From an uncultured delta proteobacterium (GTDB taxonomy: Bacteria > Myxococcota_A > Polyangia > Haliangiales > Haliangiaceae), in NCBI GenBank assembly GCA_963848295.1, contig CAWKDB010000010.1, positions 2,592,001 to 2,656,000 on the forward strand: DNA of 64,000 bases, given 5' to 3'. The notes under the pieces are model-generated. The model saw nothing but the letters and a program-made list of their open reading frames with translations, was not told where the DNA came from and did no database searches. A program made the translations under genes and the position numbers. Positions 1-10,342 of the stretch are shown piece after piece. The first letter of the stretch is position 1. The number at the start of each line of letters is the position of its first letter.

Positions 1-1164
1 GAGACCTACACGCTCGACCTGATCGCAGGCCCGCGCCGCTCTGGCACGGTCACGCCGATCACCGAGGACGGCACCGGCGCGACATCGTTCCCGAAGCCGC
101 TCGACAACGTCGGCGGGAAGACCTTCTCGACGCAAACCTACGCGGCGTACGCGAACACGTTCATTCGCAACCTCGACATCCCGGGTTGCACGCCACCGAC
201 CGGCACGCACCCGCGGGTGTTCGTCGGCCAGCGCCGCGAAGGCTTCTCGGTCAACCTCGGCCAGATCTTCGACCTCGTGAACTTCAACACCGATGGCAGC
301 GGCGGGCTCGCGAACGTGATCGGCGCCGAAGACCAGAACCACAACACGCTCAACAACAAGAACGTGACGACGATCGCGCTCGAGGTCCCGGCGACGTGCT
401 TGCAAAAAGCGCCGTCGACGATCATCGGCGCGTGGACGACCGCGAGCGTGCGCCAGGCGCGCGTGCTCAACCCGACGCCGACGTTCACCACGCCGTCGCG
501 CGAAGGCGGTCCGCTCGTCCAGGTCTCGCGGCTCGGCATGCCGCTGGTCAACGAAGTCGTGATCGGCTTGCCCGATAAGGACAAGTTCAACGCGAGCGAG
601 CCGAAGGACGACGGTCAGTTCGCGAGCTACGTCACGAACCCGACGCTGCCCGAGCTGCTCGAGATCCTGTTCGGCGGTGCCGGCGTGCGCGCGCCCAACA
701 ACTTCCCGCGCGCCGACCTCGTCGCCGCATTCCTCACCGGGATCACCGGCTACAACGCGAACGGCTCGACCGCCGAGTACGTGCGGTTCAACAGCGCGTT
801 CGCGGCGACGCCGGCGGCGATGCAGAATGACTTCGGCGCCGTCGGCTGCTTCGACGCGCCGACCGCGTCGGCCGGCGCCGTGCTCGACCCCGGCGGTCAC
901 GCCGATTGTGATCCGGCCGGGTTCCCGAACGGCCGGCGCCCCGGTGACGACGTCGTCGACATCGAGATCCGCGTCGCGATGGGCGCGCTGGTCGACACGA
1001 CCGACGCGGTGACCGGCGGCTGCATCCACGCCGGTCAGTCGGGCTGCTTGCCGTACGGCGACGGCGCCGGCGTCAGCGCCCTCCAAGGCACCGGCAGCGC
1101 GAGCCTGGCGTACTTCGATACGACGTTCCCGTACCTGCGCTCGCCGAACAGCGGCTCGCCGTAA
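1..1164 (+). CDS. DUF4331-family protein, 5'-truncated by the window edge
   Basis: Frame is open from base 1 (ETYTLDLIAG...) into ORF 217..1164. Motifs FVGQRRE, QVSRLGMPLVNEV, KDKFNAS.P..D and GFPNGRRPGDDVVDI are typical of DUF4331. Confidence 0.8.
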   Translation, partial: ETYTLDLIAGPRRSGTVTPITEDGTGATSFPKPLDNVGGKTFSTQTYAAYANTFIRNLDIPGCTPPTGTHPRVFVGQRREGFSVNLGQIFDLVNFNTDGSGGLANVIGAEDQNHNTLNNKNVTTIALEVPATCLQKAPSTIIGAWTTASVRQARVLNPTPTFTTPSREGGPLVQVSRLGMPLVNEVVIGLPDKDKFNASEPKDDGQFASYVTNPTLPELLEILFGGAGVRAPNNFPRADLVAAFLTGITGYNANGSTAEYVRFNSAFAATPAAMQNDFGAVGCFDAPTASAGAVLDPGGHADCDPAGFPNGRRPGDDVVDIEIRVAMGALVDTTDAVTGGCIHAGQSGCLPYGDGAGVSALQGTGSASLAYFDTTFPYLRSPNSGSP

Positions 1165-1167
1165 GGT

Positions 1168-1199
1168 CGGACAGCCGATCGATCGATCCGCCTCGGAGC
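1168..1199. repeat. 32-bp REP-like palindromic element, copy 1
   Basis: cggacagccgatcgatcgatccgcctcggagc; 30/32 identical to the reverse complement of 9181..9212; lies just after a stop codon. Confidence 0.75.
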
Positions 1200-1249
1200 C
1201 CGTCGCGCCACTGGTGCGGCGGGCTTTCGCGCGTGGCAAGCTGCGGCGC

Positions 1250-1771
1250 ATGAAGCTCGCCATCCCGGTCTCGGCTCACGATCACGTTCACGGCGCGGCG
1301 ACGGCGGCGGTCACGCTCGTCCAGTACGGCGACTACGAGTGCTCGTACTGCGGCCGCGCGTATCCGATCGTCAAGGCGGTGCAGAAAGCGCTCGGTGGCA
1401 AGCTGCGCTTCGTGTTTCGCAACTACCCGCTGACCCAGAGCCATCCGCACGCGCTGCATGCCGCGGAGGTCGCCGAGGCGGTCGCGCTGCATCACGACTT
1501 CTGGGCGATCCACGACACGCTGTACCAACACCAAGCGGCGCTCGACGATCGCAGCCTGCTCGGCTATGCGCAGAAGCTCGGCCTCGATCCGGACAAGGTC
1601 GCGACCGACGCGTCGGGTGAAGCGGTGATGGCGCGGATCCGCGGGGACGTCGAGGGCGGCGATCGCAGCGGCGTCACCGGCACTCCCGCCTTCTATATCA
1701 ACGGCGTCCAGTACGCCGAGTCATGGGACTACGAGCCGCTGCTCGGTGCGCTCGAGCGCACACTCCGCTGA
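1250..1771 (+). CDS. DsbA-like thioredoxin-fold protein
   Basis: YGDYECSYC (CxxC), FRNYPL, GVTGTPAFYING (cis-Pro loop). ATG at 1250 is in frame with ORF 1214..1771. Confidence 0.88.
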   Translation: MKLAIPVSAHDHVHGAATAAVTLVQYGDYECSYCGRAYPIVKAVQKALGGKLRFVFRNYPLTQSHPHALHAAEVAEAVALHHDFWAIHDTLYQHQAALDDRSLLGYAQKLGLDPDKVATDASGEAVMARIRGDVEGGDRSGVTGTPAFYINGVQYAESWDYEPLLGALERTLR

Positions 1772-1912
1772 CCTTCGACTGTCGATCTCGTCACGCTCTA
1801 AACTCCCGTATCGAACCGAGTTTTCCGTGGAGCTACGACTTTCTCGCGCGTAGATCGTGGTATTCCGATCGCCAAGTCGACCGTCGTCTCGACGGGGTCT
1901 CGGAGGATTTGG

Positions 1913-4912
1913 ATGCGCGCAAGAGTTGTCGCTGCTGCGTCTGTGTTTGCGTCGGTGATCGGGTGTGGATCGTCGAATCCCGGCCCGTCACTCACGATCT
2001 CGCCGTCGAATTCCGACGGCACGTACCAGGTGATGGGGCCCACCGACTTTGCCGCGACGCTGGTCAACAGCGACGAGGCCGTGACCTGGACGGTCACCGG
2101 CGGCGGAACGCTGTCGGGCGAGACCGGATTGCACACCGTGTTCGTGCCGCCGACCGGCTCCGGCGTGGAGACGTTGATCGCGACGACGCCCAGCGGACTG
2201 ACCGCGACGGTGATGCTGACCTCGTCGCCCGAGACGCTCACCGCCGAGACCATCCCCGTGCTGACCGCGCCGGTCACGGTGCAGTACGACGCCGAGGACA
2301 TCCCGCACATCAACTGCTCCGCCGCGAACGATTGCCTCGCGGTGCAAGGTTACCTCCAGGCGCGCGACCGATTGTTCCCGATGGACTTCCTGCGCCACGT
2401 CGCGCGCTCGAACCTCGCCGAGCTGATCGGAGTCGACGGCCTCTCGCAGGACGTCGAGCTCCGCACGATCATGATCACGCGCGCCGGCCATCGGCTCGAG
2501 GACGACCTGGTCGCCGCGATGGATCCGGCGACCGCCGCGTCGCTGTCCGCGTTCACCGCCGGCATCAACGCGTACTTCGCGCAGCTGCGCGCGACCTCGG
2601 GCACGACCCCGCTCGGCGGCGAGTACGCCCAGCTGCCGTATCGCATCACGCCGAACGATCTCGCGAACTGGACGAATCAAGACACGTGGGCGCTCGCCCG
2701 GCTGCAGCAGTTCCAGCTGTCGGAGACGCTCGACGAAGAATCGGCGTACGGCACGTTCGCCGCGGTCTACGGCCCGGGCGGCCCGCTCGCCGACCTCGCG
2801 AAGCTCAACGCGTGGATTCGCGCGGCGGCGCCGCCGACCGAGCAAGCGCACACGCTCGCTCCGCAGCCGTTCTCGTTCGCCGCGAGGCAAGCCCCGACCA
2901 CGCCGCCGGCGAGGTCGCTGGCCGGGTGGCAAAATCTTTTGTCGCAGACGCACGCGTCGTCGCAGGCGTTGCGTGCGGCGTTGCGGCCGATCGGCGCCGC
3001 GGTCGGCTCGAACAACTGGGTGGTCGCCGGCGCGAAGTCCGCGAACGGCTCCGCGATGGTCGCGAACGATCCGCACCTCGGCCTGCAGTACCCGCCGCTG
3101 TTTCACCTGTCGGTGATGACGTCGTCGAACCCGGCCGATAACTTGAACCTCGCGGGCGGCGCGTTCCCGGGCATCCCGGGCGCGCTCGTCGGCCGCGGCG
3201 CGAACGTCGGCTGGGGCGTGACCGTCGTCGGCTACGACGTCACCGATCTCTACCTCGAGCAGTTCCTGCCGCAGGTGGATTGCGCGACCGCCGCGCCGTG
3301 CGTGCTGTTCAAGGGCGCACCGGTGTCCACGATCATCGTGCCCGAGACGTTCAACGTCCGCGTCGCGGCCGGGCCGAACGGGCTCGTCGACGCGACCGCG
3401 CTCGGGATCTCGGTGCCGCCGTACGTGCTGATCGTGCCGCAGCACGGCCCGATCATCCAGGCGCCGGACGCGAGCGGCAAGGCGGTCAGCGTGCGGTGGA
3501 CCGGCCAGGAGGGCAACACCCAGGACCTGAAGGCGATCTATGGGCTCAACACCGCGACCGATGTCGACTCCGCGATCGCGGCGCTCACAAACTTCTCGAC
3601 CGGCGCGCAGAACTTCGTGCTCGCCGACGACAAGGGCCACATCGCGTACGATCCGCACGCGCTCGTCCCGGTGCGCAACTTCGCCGACGCGCGCGTCGTC
3701 GGCGCGAGCGTGATGCCGCCGTGGTTCCCGCTCCCCGGCGACGGCACCGCGGAGTGGGGCGATGGCACCTCCGACTGCGCATCGGCGACCGCGACCCCGG
3801 TGCCGGCGACGTGCTGGACCGCCGATGCGGTGCTGCCGCAGGGCAAGGATCCGGCGAAGGGCTACTTCTTCACCGCGAACGCCGATCCGACCTACCCGTC
3901 GGTGTCCGACGACAACAACCCGCTCGCGCACCCGCCGTATCTCAGCTTCGACTGGGATGACTCCAGCGGCTTCCGCGCGACGCGGATCGACCAGATGCTC
4001 GACGCCGCGATCACCGCGAACGGCAGCGTCGCGCTCTCCGACATGGAGGCGATCCAGTCGGATCACATGTCGCGGCCGGGCAAGGTGTTCACCGACCTGA
4101 TCGCCGCGCTGCCGGCCGCGACCGATCCGTCCGACATCGCCGCACGCGCGATCCTCGCGCAGTGGGCGACGAACGGCTGGGATTGTCCGTCGGGCCTGCT
4201 CGGCAGCGACCCGGTCGCGAGCCCGATCGATACGACGCCGGCGGTGATGCAGAACTCCGAAGGCTGCTTCTTGTTCCACGCGTTCCTGCGCAACCTCGTG
4301 AGCAACGTGTTCACCGACGACCTCGCGGTGATCGGCCAAGGCGTCGACGACCTGCTCGCGATCAAGTCGTTCATCTATATGATGTCGCTGCCGACGAGCG
4401 ATCCCGGCACCGCGTTCTGCAACGACGTCGATGGCAACGGTACGACCGTCACGACTCACACGTGTCCGGCACAAGTCGTCACCGCGCTGATCGAGACCTA
4501 CGACCAGCTGACCTCGCAGATCGGCCAGCCGACGGATTGGGTGTGGGGCAAGGTCCACACGATCACACCGGTGCCGCTGCTCGCACTCGTCACGACCAAC
4601 TACGAGCCCGGTCCGTTCGCGCGGCCCGGTGGCTCGTTCACCGTCGACGTCGGCTCGCCGTCGCTGTCGACGAGCTCGGGCTTGTCATTCCCGTACGGCT
4701 CCGGCGGCAACGTCCGCCACATCTCGGTGATGAATCCGACGACGCCGCAGGTCGAGATGCAGCTGCCCGGTCCCGAGCGCGACGGCCCGTACCTCAACAT
4801 CGGCCCCGATCTGCTCGGTCAGTGGGTCGCGAACACGTACTTCCAATTCGCCTTTGGCACGATGGCCGGCAACGCCGCCGCCGTCTCCACCCAGACGTTT
4901 AGCGCCCAATGA
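1913..4912 (+). CDS. Penicillin-acylase/AHL-acylase family Ntn-hydrolase, predicted lipoprotein with an N-terminal Ig-like segment
   Basis: Lipobox VIGC; YDAEDIPHI and QGYLQARDRLF; beta-chain start GSNNW...ANDPHL; AQNFVLAD; late WVWGKVH. Confidence 0.9.
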   Translation: MRARVVAAASVFASVIGCGSSNPGPSLTISPSNSDGTYQVMGPTDFAATLVNSDEAVTWTVTGGGTLSGETGLHTVFVPPTGSGVETLIATTPSGLTATVMLTSSPETLTAETIPVLTAPVTVQYDAEDIPHINCSAANDCLAVQGYLQARDRLFPMDFLRHVARSNLAELIGVDGLSQDVELRTIMITRAGHRLEDDLVAAMDPATAASLSAFTAGINAYFAQLRATSGTTPLGGEYAQLPYRITPNDLANWTNQDTWALARLQQFQLSETLDEESAYGTFAAVYGPGGPLADLAKLNAWIRAAAPPTEQAHTLAPQPFSFAARQAPTTPPARSLAGWQNLLSQTHASSQALRAALRPIGAAVGSNNWVVAGAKSANGSAMVANDPHLGLQYPPLFHLSVMTSSNPADNLNLAGGAFPGIPGALVGRGANVGWGVTVVGYDVTDLYLEQFLPQVDCATAAPCVLFKGAPVSTIIVPETFNVRVAAGPNGLVDATALGISVPPYVLIVPQHGPIIQAPDASGKAVSVRWTGQEGNTQDLKAIYGLNTATDVDSAIAALTNFSTGAQNFVLADDKGHIAYDPHALVPVRNFADARVVGASVMPPWFPLPGDGTAEWGDGTSDCASATATPVPATCWTADAVLPQGKDPAKGYFFTANADPTYPSVSDDNNPLAHPPYLSFDWDDSSGFRATRIDQMLDAAITANGSVALSDMEAIQSDHMSRPGKVFTDLIAALPAATDPSDIAARAILAQWATNGWDCPSGLLGSDPVASPIDTTPAVMQNSEGCFLFHAFLRNLVSNVFTDDLAVIGQGVDDLLAIKSFIYMMSLPTSDPGTAFCNDVDGNGTTVTTHTCPAQVVTALIETYDQLTSQIGQPTDWVWGKVHTITPVPLLALVTTNYEPGPFARPGGSFTVDVGSPSLSTSSGLSFPYGSGGNVRHISVMNPTTPQVEMQLPGPERDGPYLNIGPDLLGQWVANTYFQFAFGTMAGNAAAVSTQTFSAQ

Positions 4913-7900
4913 GAGGTCTATCGATGAGCCGCCCCCTCCTCGCCACCGCGCTGGTCCTCGGCGCGTGCCAGCCGGATATCACGACCACGGCGCCGACGAC
5001 GTTCGTCACCGCGGTGTTCGATCCGACGACCGCGTCGATTCCCCTGCCGAACGACTTGGTGTTCCTCAACCCGTCGAACAGCGTGTGTCCGGCACCGGCG
5101 AACACGTTGCCCGCCGGTTCGCCGCCCGCGTGCGCGCAAGCCGAGTTGCTCGACGCGTTCAACGGCGCGTTCCCGAGTGACCAGGCGATCTCGGTCACGA
5201 TCGACTTCACCGAGACGTCGTTCGACTCGTCAGGCGTCGCGACGAACACCGCCCCCGATCTCGATCTGGCTACGTTCACGCCGACGACCTACTTCGTCTA
5301 CGGCCGCAACGGCGACGGCACCGGCGAGATCGCGATGGACCCGATCCAACCGACCGACTACGTCAAGTCCGCCGACCACGGCGAGCTGACGCTGCACCAC
5401 GCGAACAACCAGCCGTGGGCACCCGGGACGTACGCGGTGCTCGTGCGGGGCGGCGACAACGGCGTGAAGACGACCGATGGCCTGCCGGTCAATCCGTCGC
5501 AGATCTTCTACTTGCTGACCCAGGGCAAGGATCTGATCGATCCCGCGAACAACGGCCTACTCCGTGACGAGCTCGGCTCGGAAGCGGCGGCGCAAGCCGA
5601 GGGCATGCAGCTCAACGCGGTGATCAGCATGTACAACCAGGTCGCGTTCCCCGCCGCCGACACGCGGTTCCCGCACCAAGAGCTCGCGGTCCTGACGTCG
5701 TTCTCGATCGGCCCGCTGGTCACGAACGTGACGATCGATCCGGCGCGCAGCCTGGTGCCGCTGCCGATCGATCTGTTGCGCGATCCGACCTCGGGCAAGC
5801 TCAGCGCGCTCGCCGCGTGCACGTTCGCCGGCTCGTCGCTCGCCGCCGACGGCACGTGTCCGAGCTCGGCGGCCGCCGGGTTCGAAGCGCTCGACGGGTT
5901 CTCGACGACCGGCGCGATCCTCGCGCCGACCTCCGATCTGATCGACGCGACCACGGTCGACCCGACGTCGCTGATGCTGTTCGACCTGAGTGGCTCGAGC
6001 CCGGTGCAAGTCGATCCGAACAGCTTGGTGCTCGAGCCGTGCGAGTTCACGTCGGCGTGCGGTTCGCCTGCGCTGTCGCCGGTCATCGCGATCCAACCCG
6101 CGGGCGCGACCGCCGGCGATCAGACGTCGGTGTTCCGCACCAAGCCGCTCAAGGACAACACCGACTACGCGGTCGTGATCACGACCGGCGTGCTCGACAA
6201 GGCCGGCAACCCGATCGGGCCCGGCACGGTCGCGAAGATCTTGCACTTCACGAACCCGGTGCTCGTCGGCGGCCACTCGGCGCTGTCCGGCATCGATGAC
6301 GGCACCGCCGCCTCGCTCGAGAAGATGCGGCTGCAGCTCGCGCCGGTGTTCGCCTCGCTCGCCGCCGGTGGCACCGACTTCTCGAAGATCGGCATCGCGT
6401 ACACGTTCCACACCCAGACGATCCTCAGTCAGGCGCACGACCTCGCGGAGCTGCCGTACGATCCCGCGCTGTCGCCGGCGCTGTCCGGTGCACCGCTCAC
6501 CGCGATCAGCGCGCTGACGCCTTCGGGAACGCCGACGTCCGCGTTCACGAAGTACGGCGTCGATTCGGCGATAGTGCCGTCGAGCGACATCCAACAGGTC
6601 GTCGAGTTCGACATCGACACGCTCGACGCGCTCGATCCCCTGACCGGCGCGTTCATGCCCGATCCGACGAGCGCGCCCCAAGAGGTGATCCACGTCCTGC
6701 TCGCACTGCCCAAGCCGGGCACGGTACCGGCCTGCACCGGCGCCGCCGCGGGGCTCGGAACGCTCGGCCTCAATTGTGCGCCGCTGATGGTGTTCCGCCA
6801 CGGGCTCGGCGGCGGTCGCGCCGACATGCTGACCGTCGCGAACGAGTACGCGAAGGCCGGCATGGTGACGGTCGCGATCGATGCGGCGAAGCACGGCGAT
6901 CGCTCGTTCTGCACGCCGAGTGGACCGGCAGCACAGTGCGTTTCCCCGGCGGTCTGCACGACGAACCTCCCGGGCGGCGCGCAAGGCGATGCGTCGCCTC
7001 CCGGCACCTGCACCGACGGCAAGTTCCAATACCTGCCGGTCAGCCCGACGTGCTCGGCGCCGGGCTCGTGCGGCGGCTACGCCTACGCCGAGGGCATCCC
7101 GGCCGTATCCGGCAACTATCTCGTCAGCGCGAACTTCTTCCGCACGCGCGACTCGATGCGCCAGGATCTGATCGACGAGTCGCAGCTGATTCGCACGGTC
7201 GCGTTCGCGCCACCGGCTGGCTACACGGGCGGCCACAACCTGTTCGATTTCACGTCGACCACCCTCGGATACGTGGTCGATCCGACGACGATCTACTACT
7301 CCGGTCAATCGCTCGGCGCGATCCAGGGTGCGATGGACGTCGCGTCGAACCCGCGCATCACGAAAGCGGGCTTCAATGTCGGCGGTGGATCGATCGTCGA
7401 CATCTTCACGAACTCGCCGGCCTTCGTGAACCAGACCGACGCGCTGCTCGCCGGCCTCGGCATCGAGCCCGGAACCTCGGCGTATCTCCAGTTCCTCGTC
7501 GTCGCGAAGACCGTGATCGATCCGGCGGACCCGGTGAACTTCGTCGGCCACCTGACCGCGAACACGCTGAAGGACTGGACGAACGACGATCAGACCGACC
7601 AGGCGCCGAAGCGCATCCTGACCCAGATGGCGAACTGCGATCAGACGGTGCCGAATCCGTTCAACCTGATCTACGCGAGCAACGTGCCGACCGAGCCCGA
7701 GCCGTCGGCCCCCGCGACCTTCTTCGCGCCCGGCTCGACCGGGACGTTCCAGCTCTTCGTCGGCCCTGGCTTCAACCCGGTCTCGACGCCGTTCGGCACG
7801 TGCTCGGCGACCACCGCGGTCGAGCACGGGTTCATCACCGACTGGGTCACTCCAGCGCTCACCACCAAAGCTCAGGACGACATCGCGAACTTCGTCATGA

Positions 7901-7932
7901 ACGACACCCTGCCCCTCAGCGTCGAGCAGTAG
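4909..7932 (+). CDS. Extracellular lipase/phospholipase lipoprotein, Pla-1/cef (VolA-like) family
   Basis: Lipobox LGAC; IPLPNDL and LDGFSTT N-terminal motifs; FRHGLGG oxyanion region; GQSLG nucleophile elbow; DPADPVN; C-terminal EHG. ATG overlaps the acylase stop (ATGA); alternative start 4924. Confidence 0.8.
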   Translation: MRGLSMSRPLLATALVLGACQPDITTTAPTTFVTAVFDPTTASIPLPNDLVFLNPSNSVCPAPANTLPAGSPPACAQAELLDAFNGAFPSDQAISVTIDFTETSFDSSGVATNTAPDLDLATFTPTTYFVYGRNGDGTGEIAMDPIQPTDYVKSADHGELTLHHANNQPWAPGTYAVLVRGGDNGVKTTDGLPVNPSQIFYLLTQGKDLIDPANNGLLRDELGSEAAAQAEGMQLNAVISMYNQVAFPAADTRFPHQELAVLTSFSIGPLVTNVTIDPARSLVPLPIDLLRDPTSGKLSALAACTFAGSSLAADGTCPSSAAAGFEALDGFSTTGAILAPTSDLIDATTVDPTSLMLFDLSGSSPVQVDPNSLVLEPCEFTSACGSPALSPVIAIQPAGATAGDQTSVFRTKPLKDNTDYAVVITTGVLDKAGNPIGPGTVAKILHFTNPVLVGGHSALSGIDDGTAASLEKMRLQLAPVFASLAAGGTDFSKIGIAYTFHTQTILSQAHDLAELPYDPALSPALSGAPLTAISALTPSGTPTSAFTKYGVDSAIVPSSDIQQVVEFDIDTLDALDPLTGAFMPDPTSAPQEVIHVLLALPKPGTVPACTGAAAGLGTLGLNCAPLMVFRHGLGGGRADMLTVANEYAKAGMVTVAIDAAKHGDRSFCTPSGPAAQCVSPAVCTTNLPGGAQGDASPPGTCTDGKFQYLPVSPTCSAPGSCGGYAYAEGIPAVSGNYLVSANFFRTRDSMRQDLIDESQLIRTVAFAPPAGYTGGHNLFDFTSTTLGYVVDPTTIYYSGQSLGAIQGAMDVASNPRITKAGFNVGGGSIVDIFTNSPAFVNQTDALLAGLGIEPGTSAYLQFLVVAKTVIDPADPVNFVGHLTANTLKDWTNDDQTDQAPKRILTQMANCDQTVPNPFNLIYASNVPTEPEPSAPATFFAPGSTGTFQLFVGPGFNPVSTPFGTCSATTAVEHGFITDWVTPALTTKAQDDIANFVMNDTLPLSVEQ

Positions 7933-7944
7933 GTCTTAACACCC

Positions 7945-9180
7945 ATGCGCAAGCTCATCATCATCGCGACGACCCTCGTGCCCGCCGCCGCGTTCGCGGG
8001 TGGCTACAACATCCCGGACGAGAACGCTCGGACGCTCGGACTCTCGCAGGCGAACCTCGCCGACGAGACCGGCGCCGAGGCGGTCATCACCAACCCCGCC
8101 GCACTCGCCGGCCCGCTCGGACTCGATATCTCGGCGAGCCTCGAAGCGCTCGACAACCGCACCGACTGGAGCGATCCCACGCTCGGCTCCGCGAAGCTCG
8201 TCAGTCATGTCAACACGCCGCCGCTCGTCGCCGTGTCGTACGGCGATGTGCTGTCGAACGGCATGAAGTGGGGCGTCGGGCTCGGCTTCGGCGTCCCCGC
8301 CGGTGGCTCGCTCAAGTGGCCGGACGGCTGGCAGGGCAAGGAATACATCCAGAGCGTCGACCAGAAGGTCTATCAGTTCGTCGCCGGCGCCGCGTTCCAG
8401 CCGGTGCCGTACCTCAAGATCGGCGCGACGTACGTGCGCTACCAAGGCGAAGAGGAGCTGCATCAAGCGCTCAACTTCCTCGATCACTACGGCGACGCCG
8501 ACCTCGGCATGTCGGGTGGCGCGAATTCGTTCGACGTCGCGGCCGAGGTCAAGATCCCGACGATCCCGCTCAAGCTCGCCGGCAACTATCGCTACAAGGG
8601 CTCGACGCAGATCGACGGCAACGTGCACTTCAGCGACGTGCCGCCGGCGTACCAGACGCTGCTCCAAGATCAGGCCGTCCACGAGCAACTGACGCTGCCG
8701 TCGGAGTTCGAGATCGGCGCCGCGTACTCGGTCGTGCCGAACCTCACCGTGATGGGTACGTTCACGTACGAGAACTGGAGCGTCTATCACACCGATACGT
8801 TCGTCGGCGACGGTGGCTTTCAGGTCGTCGTGCCGCGCAACTACAACAACGCGCAGGTCTACCGGCTCGGCGTCGAATGGGATCACGTGCCCTTCCTGTC
8901 GCAGCTGACGTTGCGCGTCGGGACGCTGCGCAGCATCTCGCCCCAACCGACGGATACGGTGTCGCCGTCGCTCACCGACGGCAACAGCTGGGCGGTTTCG
9001 GCCGGCGTCGGTTACGACGTGATGCCGTCACTGCGCATCGATGTCGGCTATCAGCACGCGATCTTCGACAACGTGGTCGCGACCGGTACGGAGACGTTCC
9101 CCGGCACGTACAAGACGCAAGTCGATCTGGTCTCGCTCGGCGTCAACTGGCGCATCGACCTGCTCGGCCACGGCAAGTGA
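7945..9180 (+). CDS. fadL: OmpP1/FadL-family outer-membrane long-chain fatty acid transporter
   Basis: Signal peptide, then AGGYNIPDENARTLG...NPAAL hatch motif, amphipathic beta-strands, and a terminal strand VSLGVNWRI. Confidence 0.85.
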   Translation: MRKLIIIATTLVPAAAFAGGYNIPDENARTLGLSQANLADETGAEAVITNPAALAGPLGLDISASLEALDNRTDWSDPTLGSAKLVSHVNTPPLVAVSYGDVLSNGMKWGVGLGFGVPAGGSLKWPDGWQGKEYIQSVDQKVYQFVAGAAFQPVPYLKIGATYVRYQGEEELHQALNFLDHYGDADLGMSGGANSFDVAAEVKIPTIPLKLAGNYRYKGSTQIDGNVHFSDVPPAYQTLLQDQAVHEQLTLPSEFEIGAAYSVVPNLTVMGTFTYENWSVYHTDTFVGDGGFQVVVPRNYNNAQVYRLGVEWDHVPFLSQLTLRVGTLRSISPQPTDTVSPSLTDGNSWAVSAGVGYDVMPSLRIDVGYQHAIFDNVVATGTETFPGTYKTQVDLVSLGVNWRIDLLGHGK

Positions 9181-9212
9181 GCCCCGAGGCCGATCGATCG
9201 ATCGGCTGTCCG
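9181..9212. repeat. 32-bp REP-like palindromic element, copy 2 (inverted relative to copy 1)
   Basis: gccccgaggccgatcgatcgatcggctgtccg, containing the palindromic core gccgatcgatcgatcggc; begins immediately after the fadL stop. Confidence 0.75.
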
Positions 9213-9255
9213 GCGCAGCAAGGACGCCCGACTCCGTGGGCCGAGGGGCCCCCGT

Positions 9256-10203
9256 TCACGGGGCCTCCGGCGCGGACGCCGAGAGGAACGGCGCGATCGC
9301 GGCGACGAAGCGGTGTGCCGCATCGACGTGCGCGAAGTGCGACGCGTTCGGTAAGCGGATGAAATCGGCCGCCGGCACGAGCGCGCGCAGGCGATCGCCG
9401 ACGATCGCCGGCACGACCGGATCGCGCTCCGCGTAGACCAGACACAGAGGGATCGGGAACGGCTCGGCCGCGAGTCGGGCGCGAAACCGCCGCATCTCGC
9501 CGAGATCGAGCGCGTCGTGCAAATGGCGATAGAACGCCTTGCGCCCCTCCGGCGTCCGCAACGGCGCGGCGAACTCGCGGTGTTCCTCGCGCGACTTGAG
9601 CGACTCGTCGTAGTAGTGGACGTTGCGATGGACCCAGCGCTCGGGGTTCCGCCGCACGAGCCGATCGACGATCCAGCGCGCCGGCAAGATCCGCGTCGCC
9701 CACGCGAGCGCGACCATCCGCGCGGTCGGCAGACCCGGCGAGTGCAGGTTGACGAGGCGACCGATCGCACCGACGTCGAGCTGCGCCGCGCGCATGCACA
9801 GGTAGCCGCCCATCGAGTTGCCGATCACCGGAGCGCCGCGAGCATCGAGCGCGTCGAGCGTCGCGATGATCGAGCGGGCGAGCACGTCGGGCGCGAGCCT
9901 GATATCGGGCATGTCGGAATGGCCCGCGCCCGGCAGATCGGGAATCAGCAGTCGATAGCGCGCACCGAGCAGCTCGAGCACGTAGCGAAAGCTATAGCCC
10001 GCGGTCATCAGGCCATGGACGAGCACGAGCGGCGGCCCCGAGCCGTACTCGCGCACCGCGAGGCGACACTCGCCGAGCTCGTCGGTGCGAATCGTGATGT
10101 CGCGCCGGATCGTGTCGGCCCAGCGATGCGGCACGGTCGGGAGCTCCGGCACATCCTCGAACCGCACCTGCGCGAACGGCTCGGCCACGAGGCACGCTAA
10201 CAC
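9256..10203 (-). CDS. Alpha/beta-fold hydrolase
   Basis: LVHGL, PDLPGAGHS, GNSMGG nucleophile, D in ERDPVV, H in ASHF. Start is uncertain. Confidence 0.85.
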   Translation of the reverse strand: MLACLVAEPFAQVRFEDVPELPTVPHRWADTIRRDITIRTDELGECRLAVREYGSGPPLVLVHGLMTAGYSFRYVLELLGARYRLLIPDLPGAGHSDMPDIRLAPDVLARSIIATLDALDARGAPVIGNSMGGYLCMRAAQLDVGAIGRLVNLHSPGLPTARMVALAWATRILPARWIVDRLVRRNPERWVHRNVHYYDESLKSREEHREFAAPLRTPEGRKAFYRHLHDALDLGEMRRFRARLAAEPFPIPLCLVYAERDPVVPAIVGDRLRALVPAADFIRLPNASHFAHVDAAHRFVAAIAPFLSASAPEAP

Positions 10204-10342
10204 TCGGCTGATTCCGCTGCCTACACAGTCGTCAAGTTCGCTGGCGAATCAGCGTCGCATCGCGGTGCCATGGCGACGACCTGACCGGAAAGGCGGGGCG
10301 GCTCCGCTTGCGATGGCATCAGCTCCCGCAGACGCTCGCCAC

